A DNA stretch of 64,000 bases from Callorhinchus milii (lineage: Eukaryota): positions 94,056,001 through 94,120,000 of the forward strand of contig NW_024704743.1 of assembly GCF_018977255.1 (NCBI RefSeq), given 5' to 3'. Below the pieces are notes generated by a model. The model was not told the origin of the DNA, did not search any database, and saw nothing but the letters and a program-made list of their open reading frames with translations. This document shows positions 22,691 to 34,940 of this stretch, in pieces; position 1 is the first letter of the stretch, and every line of letters starts with the position of its first letter. Position numbers and translations under genes: made by a program.

Positions 22691-23589
22691 ATGAGTCACC
22701 TGTATAACCTGGACTCCCGCTGCGTGTCGCCATGCTTCCCCATGTTCGCCCTGGAGACCGCTAACTTCTACGAGGCGGGTAACCCCGCGGGGCTGTCGCT
22801 GGTGAAGCCGAGTCGGGCTCTGTGCGAGGAGGAGGGGGGCGGCAGTCTGGTGGAGCTGAACCCGGCGGCGGGCGGCGGTGTGGGGACGGACCACATGTAC
22901 GAGGAGGAGACGGCCATCGACTTCAGCCCCTACGTGGTGGAGCCGGGCCCGGGGGCGCCGCTGGAGCTGTACAACGACGAGCTGTTGGCGGACCTGTTCT
23001 CCGGCAAAGCGGACAAGTCCCAACAGCCCGACTATGGCTTCCTGCAGCCGGGGGCCGGGCACCTGCTGGGCTCGGCGGGCGGGGGGGGGTCCGGGGGCCA
23101 CCAGCACAGGGCAGCCTTCCCCCCGCAGCCCCCACCCGCACGGCGGCTACGACCAGAGACTGGACCTGTCCAAAGTGGTGGTGAAGCGGGAGAGGGACGA
23201 GGCGGGTCCGCCCCGCACCTCACTGCACAGCCAAGTGGCCGCCTGCGCCCAGACCGCCGTCCACCTGCCCACCGGCCAACCCACCCCCCCCACCAGCCCC
23301 GAGCCCAGCCCCGCGCACCAGCAGCACCAGCAGCAGCACCAGCAGCACCAGCAGCAGCACCGAGCCCCCGGTAAGGACAAGGGCAAGAAGTCGGTGGACC
23401 GCCACAGCCCCGAGTACCGGCAGCGGAGGGAGAGGAACAACATCGCCGTCAGGAAGAGCCGCGACAAAGCCAAAGTGCGCAATCAGGAGATGCAGCACAA
23501 GGTGATGGAGCTGAACGCCGAGAACGAGCGTCTGCACAAAAAGATCGAGCAGCTGAGCAGGGAGTTGGCCATCATGAGGAACTTTTTCG

Positions 23590-23620
<31 letters not shown>

Positions 23621-23675
23621 ACAGCCGCAGCCCAGCGGGGGCTCCTTCCTCAGCACAAGTGCAGAGTGCCGGTGA
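22691..23675 (+). CDS. CEBPD: CCAAT/enhancer-binding protein delta, intronless CDS; about 327 aa once one extra base at about 23081-23133 is removed
   Basis: N-terminus [31 protein letters not shown] and NDELLADLF boxes in one frame. bZIP ([29 protein letters not shown]) and terminal ECR* in the +1 frame. Position between PRKDC and SPIDR matches known CEBPD synteny. Confidence 0.93.
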
Positions 23676-24424
23676 CCGCTCAATGCACCCCCTCCCCTCC
23701 CCCTCCCCTCCCCCCTCCCCCCTTTAATATTAAGGGGGGGGACAAAAAGAGGACACGACAGACCCCGATACCTCAACCAAAGAGACCGTTGTTTCTCGCG
23801 AGTACTGTGAACGGACAAACTTTCCCTCTGGACCCCCGATCCCCCCCCACACACACACACACACACCGTTTGCAGCCCCAGAGGTGGTGTGGACAGACAG
23901 ACGGGGACTCTCTGCGGTCCCCCCCTCCCCTCCCCCCTCCACAGGACTGCAGCGACCCCAGAGGGGCGGACCTTCCTAAATTATTTTTTTTATATATATA
24001 TATCTATATAATTCTTAATTTTCTATACTCTCATTAACGCATTAATGCAACTAAAGGTACATTTATACACGGGACGATTCGCGAACTTTATATTTTTCCA
24101 ATTAGTCGAAATGGTTGATACAGCGCATGGTTGACACTCGTTTTTATATTAATGTGCATTTAGATCTTGTGACCCGTTGTACGGAATCATTAAATACTTT
24201 AAACCTTTCAGCCGTGTTGTTTTGTGCGCTGTGTGTCTGTGCCACAGTCCTGGGAGGAGGGAGGGGAGGAGGGAGGGAGGGGGGGAAATAACACACTGTG
24301 AATGGAAACTGCAGGTTACCCCGAGTCACAGGGTTTCTGCTGAGTCACAGTCACACAGCAAAACACTGGACTCTTCCGCAGTCTGCAACACACTTCTCGC
24401 ACTTCATCCATCCTTGAATACTCG

Positions 24425-24680
24425 TAATAATAATAATAATAATAATAATGATGATGATGATGATGAGTCCTCACACATTTTGATACAGCGCCCGATCGCA
24501 TCGTCGCCTACGTCTCGAAGCGCTTCACGGAATACACCGCAACGCGTCCTCGAATTGGCCGTGTCTTTCGTGGTCGAAACGCGGCAGCTCAATTGCGCCA
24601 CAGCAGCGTTCCCCCCCACAAACCGTCGTGGATTGAGTGGCCCGATTTTTTTTTAAAAAAAGAAAGGGATTACTACCCTC
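24425..24680 (-). mobile_element. Same SINE family, GC-shifted copy just downstream of CEBPD
   Basis: Aligns to the family body (aagcgcttcac...gcggcagc.caattgcgc...gtcgtggattgagtg). Confidence 0.75.
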
Positions 24681-27600
24681 AGAAATAGTTAAAATGTTAA
24701 GGGATTAAATGCAACTTCCTCTTTTTACGATGGCAATAAAACAAGACGACCGATGGGAATCAATTTGTCACACTACTATACACTAACGCTTCGGAGAAAG
24801 ATGATTTCTTAACTAACGGTTGATACTCTAAAACGTCTTTGTTATTTAGTCTATTTTCTTTGGACAGACACCTGTCTGACACATGCAGAAATCTTCCTAT
24901 GCCTCAGTATTCAAACCACATATCTATGCCACTGACACATGGAAATGTACCTGTGTCTGGAATGGAATGCCTTCCCCCATGGAGGGATGCACTCTGCTTT
25001 GCTTAATTCCAGACAGGATTCACACAAGATGGGCAAAAGTCAAGCCTTGTGAACCTCAGTGTGTGTGCTGGGGGACTTCTGGATTTTATCCAGCTAAAAT
25101 CGGCACAGAGAGCACCGTCCAGCAAACTTCCTACTGCTTGTCCAGGTAGCACCACCCAACTGTTAAGCTTTGGCTCGACAGATTTAACAGGAAAGCTCAG
25201 TGGGAAGAATCTTTATTCCCAGTAAAAATACCACTGAAAATTCTCACATTTTAAACAGAACCTTCAACACGTTCAGTGAATTGCCCCTTGCAAGAGTGAG
25301 CATTTTCTCACCTGTACCAGGTGCAAAAAGTGAGCCTTATTTCACCTTAACTTAGGGCTATGGAAAGTCTAGTGCATTTGTACCCAGTGCAATTGTGATG
25401 TTGTCCTGCTCCAGAAACAATAGTGAGTCTTATTTCACATGTAATTAAGAATGAGTCTCATCACGTCTCTGCCCATCAGGTAGGCATATCGCACGTAACA
25501 GACGGAGTGGTGAGTCCATCACACTTATGGTAGAAACCCCATGGCGTTCTTTTTTTAAATACTTTTTCATTTTATTTTAAAATTACTTTTTAATTTACTT
25601 TTAAGACTTCAAAATGACCGTATCTAATACCTTTGTCAAATTACCCTTTTTTTAAAAAAAATCTCGCTTCTATTTTTATTTACCTTCATGCCTTCCCATC
25701 AAACGGGTGCTGGCTGGAGGGAAAAGCCCTGAGCACCACAGCCAGTTCTCCAAGCAGCCCCAAACCGTGGGCCCGTTTTACCCCATTCCAACTCCTCGAC
25801 GATGCCCGCCCACTTCCAGTCTGGCGGGCTGCTTGTCGAAAATTAAAATTAATGGATAAAATTTGCCCATCTCTGATTAGTCAATGGACCTGTCAGTCAA
25901 GGCTTTCTTCCTTTATTTTATATATATTTTTTTGTACCTTTTTTACCCAATTTTGTGTTATTTCGTATTTGCATAAAACAAGGGGCCCTACCGACTATGG
26001 GCAACAAGCGAGTACATTGTGCCTGGATCACAGGTTGGCTGATAAATCTAGTTCAGGGACACCCAGCTGTGCTTCCCATACTTGAGAATGGTGTTCCAGC
26101 AGCACAACTGGAATGTTCTTTTGCATTTAATTGTTTTCTGGCAGATTGCTGGTCACAATAATAATAAAAAAAGAAACTACTGCAAATACCAAATTAAAAC
26201 AACATGTTCTTTAACAACAATTTAAAAAGTCTTAGAAGTCAATAAAACATTTCCCCTTAATAGTTTAATCCTGTTAATAATGTGGTTTCTCACGGAATAC
26301 ACTGCTCTCACTGGCACAAATCAAAGTTTTGAAGGTACAACAAATGCAAGGAGATCTTATATATAATAATGACAATGAAAGGGTCAAGGTGATGAGGTTC
26401 AATTTGTGAGAGTAAATAAAATGATTTGGAAATACTAAATTCTTTAAGTGTCTATTGTGTCTCAGTGAGTCACCAAGCCCACTCACATGGCTATCTCATT
26501 TCCAATTTTGGGGAAGTCAGATTATGGCCAAAGGAGACTTCTGGAATGCACTTCCATTTTAACAGGGCAGTGCATTCAGGATAGGTTTGGAATAATTTTT
26601 AAGACTGTGCATTTTTAAACACTTTAAAACAAAGTTTTACAAAAATTCCTAATCACCAGTTGAGCTATAAAACAATAAATTACATATGTATAGGGCTTTT
26701 CATGTCGGGTGGACAACCCAAGGTGCTGGAAAGTCATGGATTTGGACCCGAGCAGGGGGTTAGGAGCAGGCGGTTGGGATCAGGGGGGGTGGGGGACAGG
26801 AAGGGTAGGGGTAGGAGGGTGGCTGAAGCTGCAGTCGAAGAGGAGGGTCTTGAGACGTGCCTTGAAAGAGGTAAGGGCGGGACCAAGGCAAAGGAAGTGT
26901 GGGGTGGAGTTCCAAAGGGTGGGGGGAGAGAGGCTGAAGGAAAAAAACATAATGGGGTGAATTCTGTGGTATACAACAACAACTTGCATTTATATTGCAT
27001 CCTTCACACTGTTTAGCATCTCGGAGCAATTGTGACATATCTACGTGACAATTACCACATTAAATGGGTGAAACTAGTTGCCCCTCCTCATTGGAGATGT
27101 CTGTATCGTCAGCTATCCAAATTTTTGTTTATTAAAACACATCCCATTCGCCAGCTGTTAAACTCTTATGATTTGCAAGTCCAACATGATCCAGCTTCTT
27201 GTACTTCACATCGAGAATGGTGCTGGGGTAATGTCTGCCTTAGGCAGATTTGATGTGATACTATATTTGATCCCAATAATTGCAAAAAAAAAGTTTTGGG
27301 TTAGTATAATTGACCTGAAAAAAATTACTCAGCACAAATGTCAAAAAAAGCAGCATGGTTTGTCCTTAAACCCCAAACAAGTCGCCAATTTGCCCTGTGT
27401 ATCAGTATGAACCCACTGCACCATGAATTGAAAGAAAAACATCTTGTATTTTATTGTGCCCTATGTCAAAATATTTCAAAGCACTTTGCAAGTAATTACT
27501 GTCAAGTGTAGTGACTGTTTTACAGGCAAATGGGGCAGCCATTTTATGCCAAGAAAGGTCCCACAAAGGTCATGAAGTAAATGACCAATTTATCTGGAGG

Positions 27601-28196
27601 ATTGTTAGCCAAGACAATGAGAGAAACTCCTCCCTGTTGTCAAATAGTGCCATTGGATTTTAATGTGCACTTGAAAACAACTAGATGAGCCATTGGTTTA
27701 ACAACCCTGTAAGTCAAGGGCAAAGTCATGGGTACTCCTGACGCAGTGAGATTAAAAAAAACTCAAGTCTATACATGTTGCTCTCATACAATGCCTTATA
27801 TATAATCCAATGGCAGCCAAGGCCAACCTGACTGCACAGTGAATTGGTGGGAAACCTGGTGGCTAATGTGGAGGCTGGTTTTCTCTGAAGGGCATTTGCC
27901 CTTTCACCTTATCCACGTCAAAAAGCATCAGAGTCACAGTAACACAAGTTTCTGCATATGAAAAGCTGCATTGAAATCATTTACACTGCTGGAAGAGTGT
28001 TTAGGTAAATAAGGTAAAGCACATGTTTTGCTTCATTAAAAAATCTCTTAAAACAAATGTTTAATAATTCTGACACAGCAGCATTCAAATTTATCATTTT
28101 AATTAGTGTGTAATTTCCAAATATATACAAAATGCATCATAAAGATGCAAAATAATAGCCCACAAGTTCTCTGTTGCTGACATGAGAATCTCACTG

Positions 28197-28337
28197 CTAC
28201 TGTAAAGGCTGATTGCTTGCTTGCTGCAGGCTGATTTCTTCTAGTCCAATCCAGCAAGATGGCTGTTTTGTTACTGATCGGACATAGCAGTTCAGAGGCC
28301 CCGTCTCCTTACCAAGCACACATTCGATTTCATAGCC
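28197..28337 (-). CDS. SPIDR: SPIDR last coding exon (GYEIECVLGKETGPLNCYVRSVTKQPSCWIGLEEISLQQASNQPLQ*)
   Basis: gacag acceptor, TAG at 28199-28197. Resembles SPIDR YEV..VLGKEVG.LNCFV.SVT.....IGLEEI. Confidence 0.93.
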   Translation of the reverse strand, partial: GYEIECVLGKETGPLNCYVRSVTKQPSCWIGLEEISLQQASNQPLQ

Positions 28338-29454
28338 CTGTCACGATAATTATATAATAAACAAACATAATGAAGTACACTCTGTACTCAAGAAAGAGGT
28401 CATTAATGGATAACACATTTATAAATACAAGTAGGTGAATCAAAGTTTTTCCTCAAGCATTACTACCTTTTATAGTGCATACCACAGGCAACGTCCATCC
28501 AGCGCTTCATAGAATATATTGTAAAGTGGATTAACTGTGTATTTTGTGGGCAAAATGTACATTTGCTTTAGGATTGCCTATGGAACTTGACAGCATTATT
28601 TTGGAGCCACTTATTACTTTACTAGGTAAATATGATTCCTTTTTATAGCATAATTGTCGAACAAGTTGAGTGGATTCCAAACAGCATCTTTCTGGGAGAG
28701 TAAACACCTGCATTCCATTGAAATGTTAGCCATTTAGTTTTCAAACTACATTTTCTAGTAAATATTGTTGCCGACTATTCTAAGAATGAGAGACACTTCA
28801 ATGCCGTGGCATCAGTGGCATGAAGCACATTTCAACACACTATAAAATGTTTGTTTGGCTGCCATGTTGGAAATTTCCTAAGCAGAGATTTTGGCTGTCG
28901 CATTCTCAAATCCAATGTATTTTTAGCGCTGGTCACAGACTGACTCAGAACCTTTGGCTCAGCTATTCAGTAGCAACTGACATTTAAAAATGATTGCTAT
29001 TAAAAATCCATTCCACATTTTCATTTGTGGCTTTCAATACCGTCACTTCGGAGCAAATTGAAAAACTAATTGAACTGTTGAAAAATATTAGATTAAGTAA
29101 GAGAACTGGAAGTTTTAACCAGCTGTGTGACTAAGGCAAAACAATATTTGAGGCTGTAACAGTCCCAAATAACTTATTGACTGCATTGTTTAGTGACTGA
29201 TGCATTTGAGGGCAACTTTAAATTACCCGTAAAGCCTGTGTGACTCATGCCATGATACGCTCTATCTTCTGACAGTATGCTCATTAGCTTGGAATTCCTG
29301 AGTTTGCAAATATACAAGTGATATAATTTTGATGATATTTTGGTCTTTCTCATTGAACTCAGCATTATACTGGAGACATCCAGATCCTTGAATATACAAA
29401 CGCATGTGATAACTACTGCTGTTGATGACCAGGTAGGTAACAACAACCAGATAA

Positions 29455-29725
29455 ACCTGTGTTCTTCAGCCTTGAAAAGAGATGTCTCGGAGGGGGCCTC
29501 ATAGAGATCTGTAAGATGCTTCTTGGGATAGAAAATGTAAACCTAGAACAATACTTTCAGATATGCCAGACAGCAAGACAAGAGGTCATAGGTTCAGGGT
29601 TGTGAACAGAAATGTTAGGACAGACATCAAAAAGCATTTCTTCACAGAATGTAATTAACAGCTGGAAATGGTAACCCGTTATAGTGTTAGAAACCAGGTC
29701 ACTAGACTCACTCCCAGAAAAGCTT
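29455..29725 (+). mobile_element. Degraded CR1 3' fragment
   Basis: FSLEKRCLGGGLIEICK remnant followed by R..FF..R-like sequence. Confidence 0.6.
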
Positions 29726-30677
29726 GACATCCACAGCCTCCAATACCTAATAGTGTAACAGTTCCTCTTGGTTTAAGACCATTGTCTTAAAATTTAAGTA
29801 AAAAAGTGCAGAAAATAGGCTTCCAAACTAAAATAGAATTTTAAGAATTCTCCAAATTCAGCATAGATTTTTACACTTTTAGTGACTGATGCATGAGATT
29901 CTCAGTTGAGAGGACTCTTGCTTCACATCTAAAAGTGTTCAGGTGCTACATCGATTGTAAGGATTATTATTATTACTACGGTCTTATATTTTAAGACTGA
30001 TCTTCAGTTTAGGAGCCTGAGAAATGTTGAGGTTCCGAGGTGCTATAATCTTATCGTAATTTTGGATTTAATGGATTTCTTAAATAAAAATGTTTAGGTA
30101 ACTTGCAGTTAAAAAGCATTCCACAATATAAAAAAAATACTGCAACAGAAGATCCAACTGTGTGTTTAAGATAACATCCTGCCACCTGCGAACACCTTAG
30201 CCTTGCATTACAGTTGGTTGGAGTCATGCTTTAATCTTTACCAAGAGTCTGGAGAAATCTGGTTTCCTTTTTCCATCATCTGACTTGCATGTTACAAAAT
30301 AAATTCACCTAGAGTACCAAATACGTTTCATAGCATTTGTATTGTTGGCAATGTTATTTTAATATACAAGTTAATTCATTAGATCTTCAAAACAATTAAA
30401 TATCTGGAACATGTGGGGAAACTTTCGCCCACAAATATACAGTCAAATCACTTTAGTCTATTCTGTGAAGCGCACTGAGACGTCTAGAAGATGTGAAAAG
30501 TGCTATATCAAATGCAAGGATTATTATTATTATTATAAAAGCTGTAAGCAGTAGTAACTTCCTCTGTACTTGATTCTAAGCCTGGCCTTTAACTGTTAGG
30601 GGTGCTGCTGACAGTTCAGGACAACATTAAGAGTAAAATACCGAGGAAGTTACCAGTGCTTCCAGCTTTGCTTGCTT

Positions 30678-31014
30678 GCTCCTGTAGCTCAGTGGTTAGA
30701 GTCGTGTAGCTCAGTGGTTAGAGCACTCGCCTCGCAAGCGAGAGACCTGAGTTCGATTCCCGACAGGGCGAAACCTTGGGCAAGTTTCCTTACTCCACAT
30801 GCCTGATAATAATCCCTCAAGAAAAAAGAACAATAATAAAATTGGTCACTTCAATCCACGACTGTTTGTGGGACACTGCTGTGTGCAATTGGCTGCTGTG
30901 TTTTGCCCACAAATATACAGTTAATTCACCTTACAGTCTATTCTGTGAAGCGCTTTGAGACGTTGAGAAGACGTGAAAAGCGCTATATCAAATGCAAGGA
31001 TTATTATTATTATT
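30678..31014 (+). mobile_element. Same SINE family, full length with duplicated A-box segment
   Basis: tgtagctcagtggttagag occurs twice in tandem; B box gagttcgattccc; (ATT)n tail. Confidence 0.85.
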
Positions 31015-31278
31015 GCTCCAGATAAGCCAGATATTCTGGTCAACTATCTGGATCACTGATGGCTGCTTGGGGGTTTGGTTTTCCCTCTTCAACCTCCAAG
31101 TAAGGCATGGCGCTTATTTTATTGACTTGTAAAAGAGGAAGGGCTGAGTGAGAGCCAAACCTCTGGTTACAGCTTTAGTGGTCAGCTGACTGAGTTACCT
31201 GGGATCTTTTTGATTCATTAAAATAAGTGATGTACATACAGTCATAAACAGCCGGTCCTGCCAGCATAACCAGATAAG

Positions 31279-33480
31279 AACAACAACAACAAGATTGCAT
31301 TTATAGAGCGCCTTTCACGTCGGGAGGACATCCCAAGGCGCTGGACATTTGGGTTGGGACCTGACCAGAGGGGAAATGGTCAGGGTGAGGGGAGGGAAGG
31401 GAGGGAGCGAGGAGGGGGTAGTGAGTCGAGAGGGGAGCTGAAGGCACGGTTGAAGAGAAAGGTCCTGAGACCGGCCTTGAAGGAGGAAAGGGAGGAGGCG
31501 GCGAAGGCACTGGGGGATAGAATTTCAGAGCCTAGGGGCTGAGAGGCTGAAGGCTCGGCCACCGATGGTAGGGCGGTTGGGGCGGGGGATGTGGAGCAGA
31601 TCGGAGCCATAGAAACGGAGGGTACGGGCAGGTAGGTAGGGGGATAGTAGGTCGGAGAGGTAGGAGGGAGCAAGGCCGTGAATGGTCTTGTAGGTGAGGA
31701 TGAGGATCTTGAATTCGATCCTCTGGGGGATGGGGAGCCAGTGGAGGTGAGCGAGGGTGGGAGTGATGTGGTCGCGTATCCTGGTGCGGGACAGTACACG
31801 AGCTGCAGAGTTCTGAATGACCTGCAGCTTGTGGAGGGAGGTGCCGGGAAGGCCGGCGAGGAGAGAGTTCCCATAGTCCAGCCTTGAGGTGATAAAGGCG
31901 TGGACCAGAGTTTCAGCAGCGTGAGGGGTGAGGTAGTGCCGTAGTCTGGCGATGTTCCGGAGGTGATGGAAGGCGGTGCCAGTTGTGGCGCAGATGTGGG
32001 GAAGAAAGGACAGCTCAGGGTCGAACAGAACCTCGAGGTTCCTGACTGGCTTTGAGAGGTGGAGAGTGCAGCCTTGGATGCTGACGCTGTCAGCGCCTGA
32101 GGTGCGGAGGCGCTGACGTGAGCCAATCAGGAGGGCCTCAGTTTTGCGCACGTTGAGCTGAAGAAAGTTGTCTCTCGTCCAGGACTCGATGTCGGACAGG
32201 CAGCTGTCAGGACATCGGTGGTCATGGAGTTGAGGGTAGAGGAGGAAAGGTAGAGTTGGGTGTCATCCGCATACATGTGGAAGTTAACCCCATGTCTGCA
32301 GATGATGTCACCAAGGGGGAGCATATAGAGGGTGAAGAGGAGGGGACCGAGGACAGAGCCCTGAGGGACACCGCACAAAACAGTGCGGGGGCTGGAGGAA
32401 AAGGCAGAGGGAGCCATGGTCGCAGATGGTCAGGATGTCATTAGTGACCTTGACCAGGGCGGTTTCCGTGCTATGGGCAGCACGTAAACCCAACTGGAGG
32501 GGTTCAAAAAGTGAATGGGTGGAGAGGAAAGAGCGCAGCTGGGAGGCGACGACTCTTTCGAGAACCTTGGACAGGAAGGGGAGGTTGGAGATGGGCCGGT
32601 AGCTTGATAGCTGCGACGCATCAAGGGAGAGTTTTTTTAGTGTGGGAGTGATGGTGGCAGCTTTGAGGGGAATGGGAACAGAGCCAGAGGAGAGGGACAG
32701 ATTAATGGTGTCTGTGAGAAGTGGGGCAAGGAGGTGGATCTGGGAGATAAGGAGTGGAGTGGGGATGGGATCCAGGGAGCAGGTGGTGGGTTTCAAGGAC
32801 AGGATGAGGTTGGTGACAGAGGGTGGGAAAACGGGTTCGAAGGTGTGTAGGGGAGGATGGGTAGGAGTCGGAGTGTGGGAGGGAAGGGGTGGGTGGTGGG
32901 TGGAAGTTGGAGCGGCAGTGACCGAGGAGCGGATTCCCTTGATTTTGGATTCAAGGAAATCCAGCATCTCCTCGCAGTGAAGGTTGGAGGAGATGACCTG
33001 CGCGGGGTGGCGGGGGGGATGGAGGAGTCGGGATGTGGTAGAGAACAGTAGCCTGGGGTTGTTCTTCGCCTCCAGGGTTATCCTGGAGTAGAGGCTATAG
33101 TGGAGCGGTAGATTTTGAGGAGGTCCAGCCAGATTTGCCGGTGGACAATGAGGCCAGATTTGAGGCAGGTGCGTTCAGTGGAGGTGGTGAAGGAGATGAA
33201 GTGGTGATCGGAGATGGCCTTATCAGTAATGGTGACATCTGAGACTCTGAGGCCCCGAGTGATCACCAAATTGAGTGGGTGGCCGTGAACGTGAGTGGCG
33301 GAGTTGCTGTGGAGGGAGAGGTTGAGCGAGGAGAGGAGGGAGAAGTCCGAGGAGGTGGAGCAGGAGAAGGTGAAGTGCAGGTTGAAGTCGCCCAGGATGA
33401 TGAGGCGATCAGAGCAGAGGCAGAGAGATGTTAGGAGGGTAGAAATGTCGGGCGTGAAGGCGTGAGAATACGAGCGTGAG
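31279..33480 (-). mobile_element. Young L2-clade LINE with endonuclease remnant and internal deletions, in the last SPIDR intron
   Basis: IILGDFNLH and SDHH (APE endonuclease), [26 protein letters not shown]; (TTG)n tail. About 155 bp of RT is missing at about 32405 relative to the 53 kb copy. Confidence 0.92.
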
Positions 33481-33654
33481 GGAACTCTGTTCTGATACAC
33501 CCAGAAGTAGATGCAGTCAGAGCAATATTCCTGCAGGTCAGTGTACCTCACATCCTGCTACCAAGAATCGTTATTTGTGACTTCTAGTTGTGAACATTGC
33601 ATTTTGGATTTCAGTGTGGCTGACTGCTCACTAGAAACTGGAACAGACAGAATT

Positions 33655-33890
33655 AATGTTAGTCGATTGGCAGATCGCTTCCCGGGGGTAATAATCCCTT
33701 AAAAATAATAATAATTTGGTCACTCAATCTACGACCATTTGTGGGACGCTGCTGTGTGCAATTGGCTGCCACGTTTCATCCACAAAATACAGTCAATTCA
33801 CTTTACAATATATTCTGTGAAGTGCTTTGAGACATCTCAACGACGTGATAAAGCGCTATATCAAATGCAAAGATTATTATTATCATTATT
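33655..33890 (+). mobile_element. Same SINE family, 5'-truncated
   Basis: Body and tail homology. Confidence 0.75.
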
Positions 33891-34126
33891 ATAACGTGAA
33901 AACCTGCAGATGCTGGAAATATGAATAAAAGCAGAAAATTACGGACATATCTAGAAGGGGAATTAGCACCTGACAAGTAAAATTTGTGTTCATCAGCATG
34001 GATTATTTTTTATACAGCTGATTTGCATCCAGATGGAAAGTTCACTATAGAAACTGCAAATACGTTTTAAAAAAATGCCAAAAGACTGGGTTGAAATACA
34101 TTTAGAAAGTATTAATACAAGCTCAC

Positions 34127-34180
34127 CTCTTCGTCATCGGAGGAATGCCTCAAGAGAGAAGAAATGCTTGGTTGTAGCAA
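34127..34180 (-). CDS. SPIDR: SPIDR penultimate exon (LLQPSISSLLRHSSDDEE)
   Basis: cccacag acceptor, gtgagc donor. 54 nt, phase 0/0. Resembles LLQRSISSLLR. Confidence 0.9.
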
Positions 34181-34439
34181 CTGTGGGAAATAGTGTTACA
34201 AACAATGATCAAACTTCAAGTGAATGTAAAGTCTAGATTATCATTTTTTTTATTGGGTCCCAATTATTTTGCTAACTACACCAGGAATAGTATTGTTCTA
34301 TTTTCCCCCAACCTATGCAGCTCTGCAACAACTTGCATTTATATAGTACCTTTCAATTGCCAGAGGCTAAGTGGACAAAGCACCAGGAACACAAGAGAAC
34401 CCAGAGGTAGGCTGGGGCAAGCTCAGATGTTCATTTAAA

Positions 34440-34940
34440 ATACAACAACTTGTATTGATAAAGTACCCTTCACGCAGGATAGCATCATGTAGCACTGCAC
34501 AGAGGCAGGGAGAATTGGGAGGTGAACATAGGCCCAGTTGAAGAGGTAGGTCTTAAGACAGGAATTTAAGCATAAAGAAGGAATGAGGCAGAGGGATTGA
34601 GGCAGGGAGTTCCAGAGGTTAGTGGCATGTATGGCTCAAGGTGGTGTGGAAGGATCAGAAGGAAGCACAGCATGACTGAGCCAGTTGAGCGAAGGGCAGG
34701 CAGAGGAGTGGTTGGTTTGAGTAGGTCAGAGAGGTAGGGAAGTGCTAGAGCATGAAGAGAATTTGAAGGTGAGGATCTTGAAATCGATCCTTTCAGATAC
34801 AGGGAGCCAGTGGAGCCTGGCAAGGACTGGAGTGAGGAGTATGCAGAGTTTGGTACAGTGAGGATGTAGGTGGCAGAATTTTGGATGTGCTGGACCTTGT
34901 GGAGGATGGAACTGGGGAGAAAAGTGAGGAATGCCTTTGA
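34440..34940 (-). mobile_element. Old L2 3' fragment
   Basis: LHKVQHIQNSA...YLSDLL remnant with L2 tail. Confidence 0.7.

Noticed and set aside
22198..23621. Long antisense ORFs (poly-Leu/Val, poly-Ala/Gly) over CEBPD
   Set aside because: Mirror frames of CAN repeats and GC-rich codons.
22691..23675. CEBPB or CEBPA identity
   Set aside because: RNQEMQ bZIP, terminal xCR* and PRKDC/SPIDR synteny indicate delta.
25633..26085. 150-aa ORF between CEBPD and SPIDR
   Set aside because: Non-ATG start, no motif, no splice evidence.
30683..30770. tRNA(Ala)-like sequences here and at about 200-265, 15740, 50125 and 60700
   Set aside because: SINE heads: no acceptor stem, and each continues into the SINE body.
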